DNA of 64,000 nt from Candidatus Parcubacteria bacterium (GTDB taxonomy: Bacteria > Patescibacteriota > Minisyncoccia > Phycocordibacterales > JAACPR01), in contig JBEBBG010000015.1 of the NCBI GenBank assembly GCA_041158505.1, forward strand, positions 12,642-76,641, read 5' to 3'. A model generated the notes under the pieces. It was not told where the DNA came from. It saw only the letters and a list, made by a program, of their open reading frames with translations, and made no database searches. Position numbers and translations under genes: made by a program. This document shows, one piece after another, positions 56,257-63,858 of the stretch. Numbering within the stretch: the stretch's first letter is position 1; every line of letters starts with the position of its first letter.

Positions 56257-57729
56257 TTACTCTACGTGATGCTTCTTACGTAGCTGCTTTACTTCCTTTT
56301 CATCTTCGAGAGAAAGCTTTTCTTTCCCTTGTTTTCCAAGTCTTTCAAGATCTTCAAATGGTAGCTGGTTTAGCTCTAGTGCCCGTTTTTCAAGGTACTT
56401 CTCTGTATTTCGCTCTGGTTCTTCAAGGATTTCATCAAAAAGCGTGTACAGTATATGTCCAATCTTTGGTCCCTTATCAACTCCCATGTTCATAAGATCT
56501 GTCCCGTCGATTTTTAACATGGTCACAGAAAGCGGTGCCCGAAGCGCTTCTTCAATCATAGATTGATACTTTCTGAAGCGGTATGGCTCTTCTTTTGGTC
56601 GTCCCGTACCAATTCGGTCGCATTTCCTAAGGTTTACAAGGTCCCAGATATTATCTTCTCCCACTTTTGCAATGATGCGCCGGACAGCAGAAAGTGTGAT
56701 TTGCTCAGGATCAGCAAAAAACATGTGCCAACGCACAAGCGTGGTTACTTTTTGAATGGTTTCACGTGAAAAACGTAGATTTTCCAGAGTTTCACGTGTA
56801 ACTCGCGCACCCACCACTTCGTGGCCAAAGAAAGTTGCCTTTTTCCCTACCATTCTCTTTGTGTGAGGTTTTGCAACGTCATGAAACAGTACAGCAAGGC
56901 GTAGCTCTAAATCGTACCCCTTATCGGCGGCGTGCTGTAAAGCTCGTAGAGAATGTTCAAAAACATCGTATTTGTGAGCCTGTGTTTCTTGTGAAACACC
57001 GACCATACCCTCAAGAGCTTCAGAAACATGACGAAGCAGGCCAAGCCTTTGCATCATTACAAGTCCGAGCATTGGGTTATCAGACATAATAAGCTTTACA
57101 AACTCCTCCCTAATCCTTTCACGTGAAACGTTCCCCAGTAGGTCCCCCATTTCTTCAATCGCCTTTGCGGTATCTGATTCAATAAAGAAACCAAGCTCAG
57201 CGCTAAATCGAACGGCGCGCATAATTCGAAGGGCATCTTCTTCAAAGCGTTCCTGTGGATTTCCTACAGTACGTAGTTTTTTGGCCACCAAATCATCCTG
57301 TCCTTTATAAGGATCAACAATCTGTCCTTTAGAAAGTGCGATGGCATTTACTGTAAAATCACGTCGAGACAGATCGTCCCCTATCTTTTTGCTAAAGGTC
57401 ACCGAGTCCGGATGACGATTATCTGAGTACTTTGATTCAAGCCGGTATGGGGTAACCTCTACAATCTTCATTCGTTCATCATCGCTGCGCGTCTTTACCC
57501 CCACTGTTCCGAAGGTGTTTTCGTAGAAAGAATCAGGAAAAATCTCCTGGATTTCTTCAGGGGTAGCATTTGTTGTGGCGTCCCAATCTTTTGGTTCTCG
57601 GCCCAAAATCAGGTCCCGGACACAGCCTCCTACGAGGTACGCCTCGAAACCAGCGGCCTCAAGCCCCTCAAGCACTTCCCCAACTGGCTTTGGTATGTCA
57701 TACTTGCCTTGCTTCATACGTACCGCCAT
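56257..57729 (-). CDS. cca: CCA-adding tRNA nucleotidyltransferase with HD domain
   Basis: GGCVRDLILGREPKDWD head-domain motif; HD motif (LFHDVAKP); 490 aa. Confidence 0.85.
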   Translation of the reverse strand: MAVRMKQGKYDIPKPVGEVLEGLEAAGFEAYLVGGCVRDLILGREPKDWDATTNATPEEIQEIFPDSFYENTFGTVGVKTRSDDERMKIVEVTPYRLESKYSDNRHPDSVTFSKKIGDDLSRRDFTVNAIALSKGQIVDPYKGQDDLVAKKLRTVGNPQERFEEDALRIMRAVRFSAELGFFIESDTAKAIEEMGDLLGNVSRERIREEFVKLIMSDNPMLGLVMMQRLGLLRHVSEALEGMVGVSQETQAHKYDVFEHSLRALQHAADKGYDLELRLAVLFHDVAKPHTKRMVGKKATFFGHEVVGARVTRETLENLRFSRETIQKVTTLVRWHMFFADPEQITLSAVRRIIAKVGEDNIWDLVNLRKCDRIGTGRPKEEPYRFRKYQSMIEEALRAPLSVTMLKIDGTDLMNMGVDKGPKIGHILYTLFDEILEEPERNTEKYLEKRALELNQLPFEDLERLGKQGKEKLSLEDEKEVKQLRKKHHVE

Positions 57730-57777
57730 TGTAGCAGCATGTAGATATTTTGCGACTTTGGCGTATACTGAGCAAAC

Positions 57778-57852
57778 GCTCTCGTGGTGAAATGGATATC
57801 ACAGCGGTCTTCGGAACCGTCGTTGGGGGTTCGAATCCCTCCGAGAGCACCA
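57778..57852 (+). tRNA. tRNA-Arg (anticodon TCG), CCA encoded
   Basis: Acceptor gctctcg/cgagagc, D-stem gtga/tcac, anticodon loop cuUCGga, T-arm ggggttcgaatccct, 3' ACCA; TATACT -10 at 57766. Confidence 0.8.
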
Positions 57853-57855
57853 AGT

Positions 57856-58110
57856 ATGGCAAAGAAAAAGTTCGTTTGTACCAATATCGTTTGCAAGAAT
57901 CCAAATCTTAACCTTATTCTAAGCCTTATTGCTGTTGTTTGGTTGTGGCGAGGTATTTGGGGGCTTACTGACGCAGTCGTTTTTGCTTCTACCCCGTTTG
58001 ATCTCGAGCACTTACTCGGGTATGGCGTCCCAATCCTCATTGGTATTGCGTACCTATACTTCAACGATTACTCAATTTCAGAGCTCACCCACGGGACTCC
58101 AAACGATTAA
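57856..58110 (+). CDS. hypothetical small membrane protein
   Basis: ATG at 57856 right after the tRNA; MAKKKFVCTNIVC... then two hydrophobic helices; followed by a weak hairpin (58112-58134). The track ORF 57784..58110 overlaps the tRNA and is N-extended. Confidence 0.4.
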   Translation: MAKKKFVCTNIVCKNPNLNLILSLIAVVWLWRGIWGLTDAVVFASTPFDLEHLLGYGVPILIGIAYLYFNDYSISELTHGTPND

Positions 58111-58190
58111 AAAATCCCCCTTGTAGGGGGATTTGGGCGTTGTCCTGATTGCGTATTTAAAGAAAAGCTATATAATTCCTCAGACCACAC

Positions 58191-58261
58191 GCGGGTATAG
58201 TTTAGTGGTAGAACGAGTCCTTGCCAAGGATTAGATGGGAGTTCGATTCTCCCTATCCGCA
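58191..58261 (+). tRNA. tRNA-Gly (anticodon GCC)
   Basis: Acceptor gcgggta/tatccgc, anticodon loop uuGCCaa, T-arm gggagttcgattctccc; TATAAT -10 at 58173-58178. Confidence 0.8.
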
Positions 58262-58384
58262 CCGATACATTATTGTAGTGCCTTAACCATCAGTCGAGCT
58301 GCGTAGCAAACAAGTCCTTAAAGAAAAAGACATAGCACGTATTGGTCAGCAAGGTTGCTGTAAGGCAAATCGAAAATGTCCTAG

Positions 58385-58447
58385 TAATCCCCATATTTTT
58401 CAATAAAATTGTGGAAAACTGTGGATAACTCTGGGGATATGTGTATA
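58385..58447. promoter_or_regulatory. dense DnaA-box cluster followed by an AT-rich tract (alternative oriC or DnaA-titration site)
   Basis: Perfect TGTGGATAA at 58421-58429; 1-mismatch boxes TGTGGAAAA (58410-58418) and TGTGTATAA (58439-58447); weaker boxes at 58386 and 58432; then about 200 bp that looks AT-rich by eye. Confidence 0.5.
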
Positions 58448-58563
58448 AAAGACAGCATTTTTAGACAGTTTTCAAGGCCACTTTTCCTTTAAAAATGGCT
58501 TTGTTGAGCTCTATTTTACTTTTTTAAGACATTGTTTTACAAAATAGCCTTATTTTAGTATAT

Positions 58564-58658
58564 GTTTCACGTGAAACACTACTTGTTTTCATAAAATAAG
58601 CACTTTTTCTTTAATAAAGTTTCATGTGTAACGGTATATGATCGTTTCACTTGAAAAC
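58564..58658. promoter_or_regulatory. three tandem GTTTCACGTGAAAC-type palindromic operator-like sites upstream of the yraN-like gene
   Basis: Perfect 14-bp palindrome gtttcacgtgaaac at 58564-58577; variants gtttcatgtgtaac (58619-58632) and gtttcacttgaaaac (58643-58657). Confidence 0.5.
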
Positions 58659-59040
58659 AAGAAAGGATATTGGGAATTACGGAGAACAAGAAGCTGTTGA
58701 TTTTTTAGAGAAAAGGGGCTTTAAAGTGCTAAAAAGAAACTACAGACTCTTCTTTGGAGAAATCGACATTATAGCTGAGCGGGCTGGGGTTATTCACTTT
58801 GTGGAGGTAAAAACCGTTTCACAAGAAACATTTTCACGCGGAATCAAGCCCGAAGATCATGTTACACGTGAAAAGATAAGCAGAATTATGAAGGTTGCAG
58901 AGTTTTTTCTGGCAAACAGTAATCTTTTTAACAGAAAAACCCAGATTGACGTGGTCTCGATTGTTAAACCTCAAGATGTGTTACACATGAAACCGGTTAT
59001 ATATCTGTTTGAGCACGTTACTCGAGACCGTCTATCCTAG
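58651..59040 (+). CDS. YraN-family (UPF0102) PD-(D/E)xK endonuclease
   Basis: GEQEAVDFLEKRGFKVLKRNYRLFFGEIDIIAERAGVIHFVEVK matches the YraN core (GE.AE...L...G..IL.RN.R...GEIDLIA....LVFVEVK); TTG start at 58651. Confidence 0.7.
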   Translation: MKTRKDIGNYGEQEAVDFLEKRGFKVLKRNYRLFFGEIDIIAERAGVIHFVEVKTVSQETFSRGIKPEDHVTREKISRIMKVAEFFLANSNLFNRKTQIDVVSIVKPQDVLHMKPVIYLFEHVTRDRLS

Positions 59041-59173
59041 ACGATGGGGAATTCTAGTGCTACTATGACGCTACACCACAAGGTTATATATAGTCATTTT
59101 TCTCTATATACGTGCTGTGTCGGTGTACCCATATTCACCCGTGTGCCGTTTACACGGGGTGTAAAGAATGAAA

Positions 59174-59246
59174 CGGGGCGTGGTGTAACGGCTAACATGC
59201 TCGGTTTGGGACCGAGTGACTCCGGGTTCGAATCCCGGCGCCCCGA
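59174..59246 (+). tRNA. tRNA-Pro (anticodon TGG)
   Basis: Acceptor cggggcg/cgccccg, anticodon loop uuUGGga, T-arm ccgggttcgaatcccgg. Confidence 0.8.
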
Positions 59247-59253
59247 CTACAAT

Positions 59254-60126
59254 ATGAAACTGGTAACGCATGAAGGAAGCTTCCATCTTGACGACCTCTT
59301 TGCTGTTGCGACTATTACGCTCCTCTATCCAGATATTGAGATTGTACGGACAAGAGACGCAAGCAAGTTTGGGGACGCTGATTTTGTTGTAGATGTTGGG
59401 GATATTTGTGATCCTGCGACAAACCGATTTGATCATCACCAGCATGGTGGGGCAGGAGTTCGTGAGAACGGTGTGCCATACGCGAGTTTTGGTCTGGTCT
59501 GGAAAAAGTACGGCAAAATGGTGTCTGGGGAAGAGCGAATCGCTGATTTGGTAGATAAAAAGATGGTGCAGCCGATTGATGCAGCTGATAACGGCTTCAA
59601 TATGTACCGGGAAACAAAACCTGGCCTTTCACCTTACTTGCTCGACAACGCATTCAAGGCGCTGACGCCAACGTGGCGAGATCCAGAGACGGTTGATGAT
59701 ACGTTTGCCAATTTGCTTCCACTGGCACAAGAGATTTTGCGTCGAGAGATTAAGAAGGCCCAGTATTTCTTTGAGGACACGGAAATTGTGAAGGAGGCGT
59801 ACCGTGTTGCTGAGGATAAGCGAATTATTGTCCTTGAGCATCCAATGGCGTGGAAATCGGTGATTTCGAGGAAGCGTGAGCCAGTATATGTGATTCATCC
59901 AAATCAGATGACTGGGGAGTGGATTGTGGCATGTGTACGAAAGTCTCCACAGTCACACGAAAACCGAAAGCTGCTACCAAAGGCGTGGGCAGGGAAGCGT
60001 GGTAAGGAGTTAGAGCAAGCAACTGGTGTGCAGGGCGCTGAAGCTTGCCACAATAAGCGCTTCATTGCGACAGCCTGGACACGTGAGGCCGCGATTAAGC
60101 TGGCACAGTTGGCGCTGCAGGCGTAA
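59254..60126 (+). CDS. MYG1/UPF0160-family metal-dependent hydrolase (paralog 1, canonical)
   Basis: ATG at 59254; LVTHEGSFHLDDLFAVATITLLYPDIEIVRTRD...VVDVGDICDPATNRFDHHQHG reproduces the MYG1 N-terminal metal-site motifs. The track ORF 59044..60126 reads through tRNA-Pro and is N-extended. Confidence 0.75.
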   Translation: MKLVTHEGSFHLDDLFAVATITLLYPDIEIVRTRDASKFGDADFVVDVGDICDPATNRFDHHQHGGAGVRENGVPYASFGLVWKKYGKMVSGEERIADLVDKKMVQPIDAADNGFNMYRETKPGLSPYLLDNAFKALTPTWRDPETVDDTFANLLPLAQEILRREIKKAQYFFEDTEIVKEAYRVAEDKRIIVLEHPMAWKSVISRKREPVYVIHPNQMTGEWIVACVRKSPQSHENRKLLPKAWAGKRGKELEQATGVQGAEACHNKRFIATAWTREAAIKLAQLALQA

Positions 60127-60251
60127 AAACTGCAACACCTGCGTTGGGGGGGTATTTCTTCTGGGTGCTAGTGTGGTTTGACTTTTTTATTTTTTGTTGT
60201 ATTCTTGCAACCAAACAGAAAGGGCCGTTACAACAAAACGGCTTTCGGAAC

Positions 60252-61268
60252 ATGACACAAACAAAAAAAGATCCCCGAAAGGTTCGGTGGACTTTGGTAC
60301 ATCCGAGCTTTCACTTCGATGAAGCTTTGGCGGTGTACATTCTCACTCTTTTTGGGAAGGTGCTTTTCCCGGGTATCGAAGAGGCGAGAATTGTCTTCAA
60401 GCTGCGCGATATCGAGGGAATCACCCCCGAGCAGATGAGGTGGAGTGCGGATCGCTTGCTTAACGAGCTTGGTGTGCTTTGCGTCGGCTGTCTTGGTGAG
60501 CGTGGTGCCCTCTTTGATGAGCACGGTGAAAAGCGTGCTGACGGCAAAGCTGCCTGCATGCTTGTCGCCGAGTATCTCGGAGTTGCCAAGCAACACGAAA
60601 TTCGGGATTTGCTCTGCTTTGTTGATCAGTTTGACCGGCAAGGTCATGCTCGCGAGCGTGCTGTGCTCAGAAAGGTCGACCGGTATTCTGTCGGCTTGAC
60701 GGAGTATGATATCCGCGCGCTGCTGCGCAATCAACATCGCAACGGCAGAGACGACGTGTATCTGATGCAGTGGATGCAGAGTGTGATTGATGCCTTTGTT
60801 GAGCGAACGCGCCGATTGATCAAATTGCACGGACTTGTCAAAGGGTGCAACAAAAAGCGCTCGGTCACTGGCGATGGCACGGAGATTCAAGTCTGGCTCA
60901 TTGAGACGGATGAGCACGATGCCCCCACGGTTGCACAGCAACATGGTGCGGGGGTTGTTATCGTCCGGCGCCCGACTGGTCACGCTGTTGTGGTCAACAA
61001 GAGCAAGCGAGCAGATATGTGTGCGGTTGCTCGAGAACTTCGTCAACGTGAAGCAGATGCACAAGGGTGGAGTGTTGTTGAGGGTGATACTCTCGATGGA
61101 GAACACTCTGCTTCGGTTCCCAATTGGGATTTTAACCCAACGATGGGGCACATCTTCAATACTGACGAGCAGAAGGTGTACGACGTGGTGCCGACGGCAC
61201 TCTCCGACGAAGAACTGCTGGACATGGTTGCTGGTCACCTTCGAATTCTCGAGAAGACCAGCCTTTGA
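60252..61268 (+). CDS. divergent MYG1-like protein (paralog 2)
   Basis: ATG at 60252; WTLVHPSFHFDEALAVYILTLFGKVLFPGIEEARIVF...VGCLGERGALFDEHGE parallels the MYG1 motif order; the gene looks noticeably GC-rich by eye. Confidence 0.55.
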   Translation: MTQTKKDPRKVRWTLVHPSFHFDEALAVYILTLFGKVLFPGIEEARIVFKLRDIEGITPEQMRWSADRLLNELGVLCVGCLGERGALFDEHGEKRADGKAACMLVAEYLGVAKQHEIRDLLCFVDQFDRQGHARERAVLRKVDRYSVGLTEYDIRALLRNQHRNGRDDVYLMQWMQSVIDAFVERTRRLIKLHGLVKGCNKKRSVTGDGTEIQVWLIETDEHDAPTVAQQHGAGVVIVRRPTGHAVVVNKSKRADMCAVARELRQREADAQGWSVVEGDTLDGEHSASVPNWDFNPTMGHIFNTDEQKVYDVVPTALSDEELLDMVAGHLRILEKTSL

Positions 61269-61339
61269 GGTTTTGGTTTTTGCCGAAACCGTTTTCTTTT
61301 AAGGTTTAGATGGGGTTTTTATGGGTCTAGTTAGGTAAG

Positions 61340-61368
61340 TTGATTTTTATATAATTATGTGTTATAAT
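61340..61368 (+). promoter_or_regulatory. near-consensus sigma70-type promoter (TTGATT-17-TATAAT with TGn) for the GC-rich OB-fold gene
   Basis: -35 ttgatt at 61340-61345, 17-bp spacer, tgtTATAAT at 61360-61368; GGAGG SD at 61416-61420, 8 nt before the ATG at 61429. Confidence 0.55.
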
Positions 61369-61428
61369 AAAAAAAGAGGGTAAGCAAGACGCGAGCCCGA
61401 ACCTAGTCTCAATCAGGAGGTACTAAAA

Positions 61429-62373
61429 ATGAGCAAGCGCTCTTTGAAATCGCAAAGGGGTCGCCAAAATGGCGGCCAAAACAATCAACCAAACCGAACC
61501 ACCAACACGGAGACTCTCGTCCCCTTCAAGGGAATTGAGGTCTACGTCGAGGCGCGAGGCCGTTCAATCGGCTTCGAGCAGACGGGAGAAAAGAGAAAGC
61601 TTCAGTACGGAGTCCTTCCGGACTTTGGCCACGAGCAAATCAAGCTTGTCGCCCGAATCGACCCCGAATGCGCCGCCCTCAAGGCGGGACGACTGGTCGT
61701 CTTCAACCGCCGCCAGGACCAACGTCTTGATGTGCACATGTCCAGTGCCAACAAGAGCGGACAGATTGTGCACCGCCAAGCGGTGCGTATCTCTCGCTCG
61801 AATGGTGGAACGAAGGTGTCGGTGGACCACACCACCAACAACATCTACGTTGCCTTCCTCAGCTCGGCTGGGGTCTGGATCAAAGCAGTCACGCTGGTTC
61901 GGCAGTCTGGCACGTTCTACGTGCTGATGCAGGACCAGTACACCGTCGAATCGTTCTTGAACGATGACGGCAACGTCACCCTTCCTGGCTTTTTCAGGAT
62001 TCACGGTGGGCTGCCCGACTTCGCTCGGTTGCCTGTTGTCCGCGACTTCTTCGGGGGTCTCGCCGCAGAAGAAAGAGCTACCCTTGAGCATGAGAGGAAG
62101 TATGTCCCCACAGACTACCACTTCTCCGACCTTGGGGAGAACGAACTCTACGTCAAGTTGTGGACCTTACGCCGTAACAACGGCGTTGGAATCCTCAAAG
62201 ATGGAACCCAGGTGCGGCTCTTCTGGGCAGACATTCGGGGTGAAGGTCCGCATGCATTGCGGACGGGACAGCGAGTGCGTTTCGAGCGGCTGGACAGGAT
62301 CTCGGATGAAGCCCGTGCCGCTGCGGGAACGCAGCTGTATTACGATGCTCGTGGCCTCACGGTCATCGAGTAA
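61429..62373 (+). CDS. GC-rich protein with basic N-terminal tail and C-terminal cold-shock/OB-fold-like domain
   Basis: N-terminus MSKRSLKSQRGRQNGGQNNQPNRTTN; C-terminal NGVGILKDGTQVRLFWADIRGEGPHALRTGQRVRFERLD resembles the CSD pattern GFGFI..DG..VFVH.S.I...G...L.EGQ.V.FE; the gene looks distinctly GC-richer than its neighbours. Confidence 0.55.
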   Translation: MSKRSLKSQRGRQNGGQNNQPNRTTNTETLVPFKGIEVYVEARGRSIGFEQTGEKRKLQYGVLPDFGHEQIKLVARIDPECAALKAGRLVVFNRRQDQRLDVHMSSANKSGQIVHRQAVRISRSNGGTKVSVDHTTNNIYVAFLSSAGVWIKAVTLVRQSGTFYVLMQDQYTVESFLNDDGNVTLPGFFRIHGGLPDFARLPVVRDFFGGLAAEERATLEHERKYVPTDYHFSDLGENELYVKLWTLRRNNGVGILKDGTQVRLFWADIRGEGPHALRTGQRVRFERLDRISDEARAAAGTQLYYDARGLTVIE

Positions 62374-62402
62374 ACCGGTTGATTGCCAAAACCTTGCGAA
62401 TT

Positions 62403-62441
62403 CCGCCCCCGAGTTTCGGCTCGTGGGGCGGTGTTTCTTTT
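62403..62441 (+). terminator. Rho-independent terminator after the OB-fold gene
   Basis: ccgcccc-(gagtttcggctcg)-tggggcgg then tgtttcttttt. Confidence 0.7.
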
Positions 62442-62471
62442 TAGGAGGAGAAAAAAAGTTGCGATACAATA

Positions 62472-63446
62472 TTGGGTATGCCAATCACCTCAATTCTCCT
62501 ACCAACACGTCCACAAGTAGATACGCTCGTTGGACTTTTTTTGCTTAAACAGTTTGGTGAGGCGCAGTATCCAGGTATTAAAGATGCGACTGTAATTTTT
62601 AACCAGCAGGACTTAGAATCAAAAGATTGGGTAGCACATGAAACAGAAGGACGTTTGCTTGTTGATATGGGAGGCGGACCACTCGATCACCACGTGCAGG
62701 GTGAGCAGGTTTGTTTGTCGCAAATCGTCGCGAAGCTTTTAGGGCAAGAGAAAAACAAAGCAATTACTAAGCTTGTAGAGCTTGCGCGTCGAGATGATGT
62801 AGATGGGCAAGGAACGCTTTCAGAAGATGCAATTGATCGAGCATTTGGTATGAGTGGTCTCGTCGTTTCCCTTAATCGTGTGTACCATGATCAGCCAAAC
62901 AAGGTGTACGAGTTAGTGACGCCACTGATTGAAGCTCATTACAAAGAACAGGTAAAACGCACAGAAGAACTGCCTAAACTTTTTAATACATTGCTTGCAT
63001 CTGGTGCCGCTCAAAAAGCAACTGCAACACATCGAGGCAAAAAAGTTCAGATTGCGTTGTACTCATCTGATGAACCAAGCCTTGCGAGTTACTTACGCTC
63101 ATTTGCGGGTGGGAATTTTGATGTTCTGATTCAATGTAAAGAAAGTGGACACGTAAACATTCTGACGCACACAAATAGGCGTCCAGATTTGCGCTCGCTT
63201 GCAGTTATAATTCGAAAAGCAGAGCTCATGCTTTCAGGAGGGGGAGACGGCATTAGTGCAGAACAGCTTGCCGCACCTGGGCGACTTGATACGGTGCCGC
63301 AGTGGTACTTTGATCTAGCCACCAATTCACTTCAAAATGGTGGTGTTACGCCTGGAAAAATTCCGAAAACCGCTATTCCTAAAGAAAAATTACTTAATTT
63401 AGTGAAAATTGGACTCGAGGAAAGTATGTGGAAGCCCGTTTCGTAG
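62472..63446 (+). CDS. divergent MYG1-like protein (paralog 3; N-terminal His/Asp-Glu motif lost)
   Basis: TTG at 62472 (ATG at 62478); LLKQFGEAQYPGIKDATVIF and LLVDMGGGPLDHHVQGE align with paralog 2 FGKVLFPGIEEARIVF / LGERGALFDEHGE, but the HPSFHFDE block is replaced by LPTRPQVDT. Confidence 0.5.
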   Translation: MGMPITSILLPTRPQVDTLVGLFLLKQFGEAQYPGIKDATVIFNQQDLESKDWVAHETEGRLLVDMGGGPLDHHVQGEQVCLSQIVAKLLGQEKNKAITKLVELARRDDVDGQGTLSEDAIDRAFGMSGLVVSLNRVYHDQPNKVYELVTPLIEAHYKEQVKRTEELPKLFNTLLASGAAQKATATHRGKKVQIALYSSDEPSLASYLRSFAGGNFDVLIQCKESGHVNILTHTNRRPDLRSLAVIIRKAELMLSGGGDGISAEQLAAPGRLDTVPQWYFDLATNSLQNGGVTPGKIPKTAIPKEKLLNLVKIGLEESMWKPVS

Positions 63447-63471
63447 TATTTCTTTTTGCTATACTTACCCT

Positions 63472-63858
63472 GTGGAAACAAAACGATTTACACGTGTGGT
63501 AGAGCACTTTACCTGTGAGCACTGTGGTGCTGCAAATGATGGTAATGGGTACACAAATCACTGCCACCAGTGTCTGTGGTCTAAACACGTGGACATCAAT
63601 CCTGGTGATAGAGCCGCAACCTGTGGTGGCCTTATGAAGCCAACGGCAATTGAAAACACCAGTGGCGAGTACGTCCTGACGCACACCTGTGAGCGTTGCA
63701 AGCATCAAAAACGAAACAAAGTTGCAGCAAATGATAACTTTGACACTGTTGTGTCACTCGCGGTGTCACTCGCGGATGATTACGCTACAGGTTCCGTAAC
63801 AAGAGCTCCGTTAGGCGCGGCGCAGCAGATGACGCAAACGATGCAGCCTGCGATGTAA
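63472..63858 (+). CDS. RNHCP-domain-like zinc-ribbon protein
   Basis: FTCEHCGAANDGNGYTNHCHQCLWSKHVDINPGDRAATCGGLMKP...HTCERCKH: Cys pairs and a NHC(H/P)xCLWSxHVD block recalled from the RNHCP domain. No ATG; GTG at 63472 is in frame with the track ORF 63409 (TTG). Confidence 0.45.
   Translation: METKRFTRVVEHFTCEHCGAANDGNGYTNHCHQCLWSKHVDINPGDRAATCGGLMKPTAIENTSGEYVLTHTCERCKHQKRNKVAANDNFDTVVSLAVSLADDYATGSVTRAPLGAAQQMTQTMQPAM

Noticed and set aside
56758-57129. TTTCACGTGAAA copies inside the cca coding sequence as independent regulatory sites
   Set aside because: They coincide with Ser/Thr-Arg-Glu codons (tca/aca-cgt-gaa) and may be codon-driven; they are reported only as part of the motif-family observation.
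57784-57855. 5' part of track ORF 57784..58110
   Set aside because: Overlaps tRNA-Arg; a plausible ATG start lies at 57856.
59044-59253. N-terminal extension of the track ORF 59044..60126
   Set aside because: It reads straight through tRNA-Pro; the MYG1 homology begins at the ATG at 59254.
60228-61238. 336-aa minus-strand ORF antisense to MYG1-like paralog 2
   Set aside because: No protein-like features; the plus frame aligns with paralogs 1 and 3.
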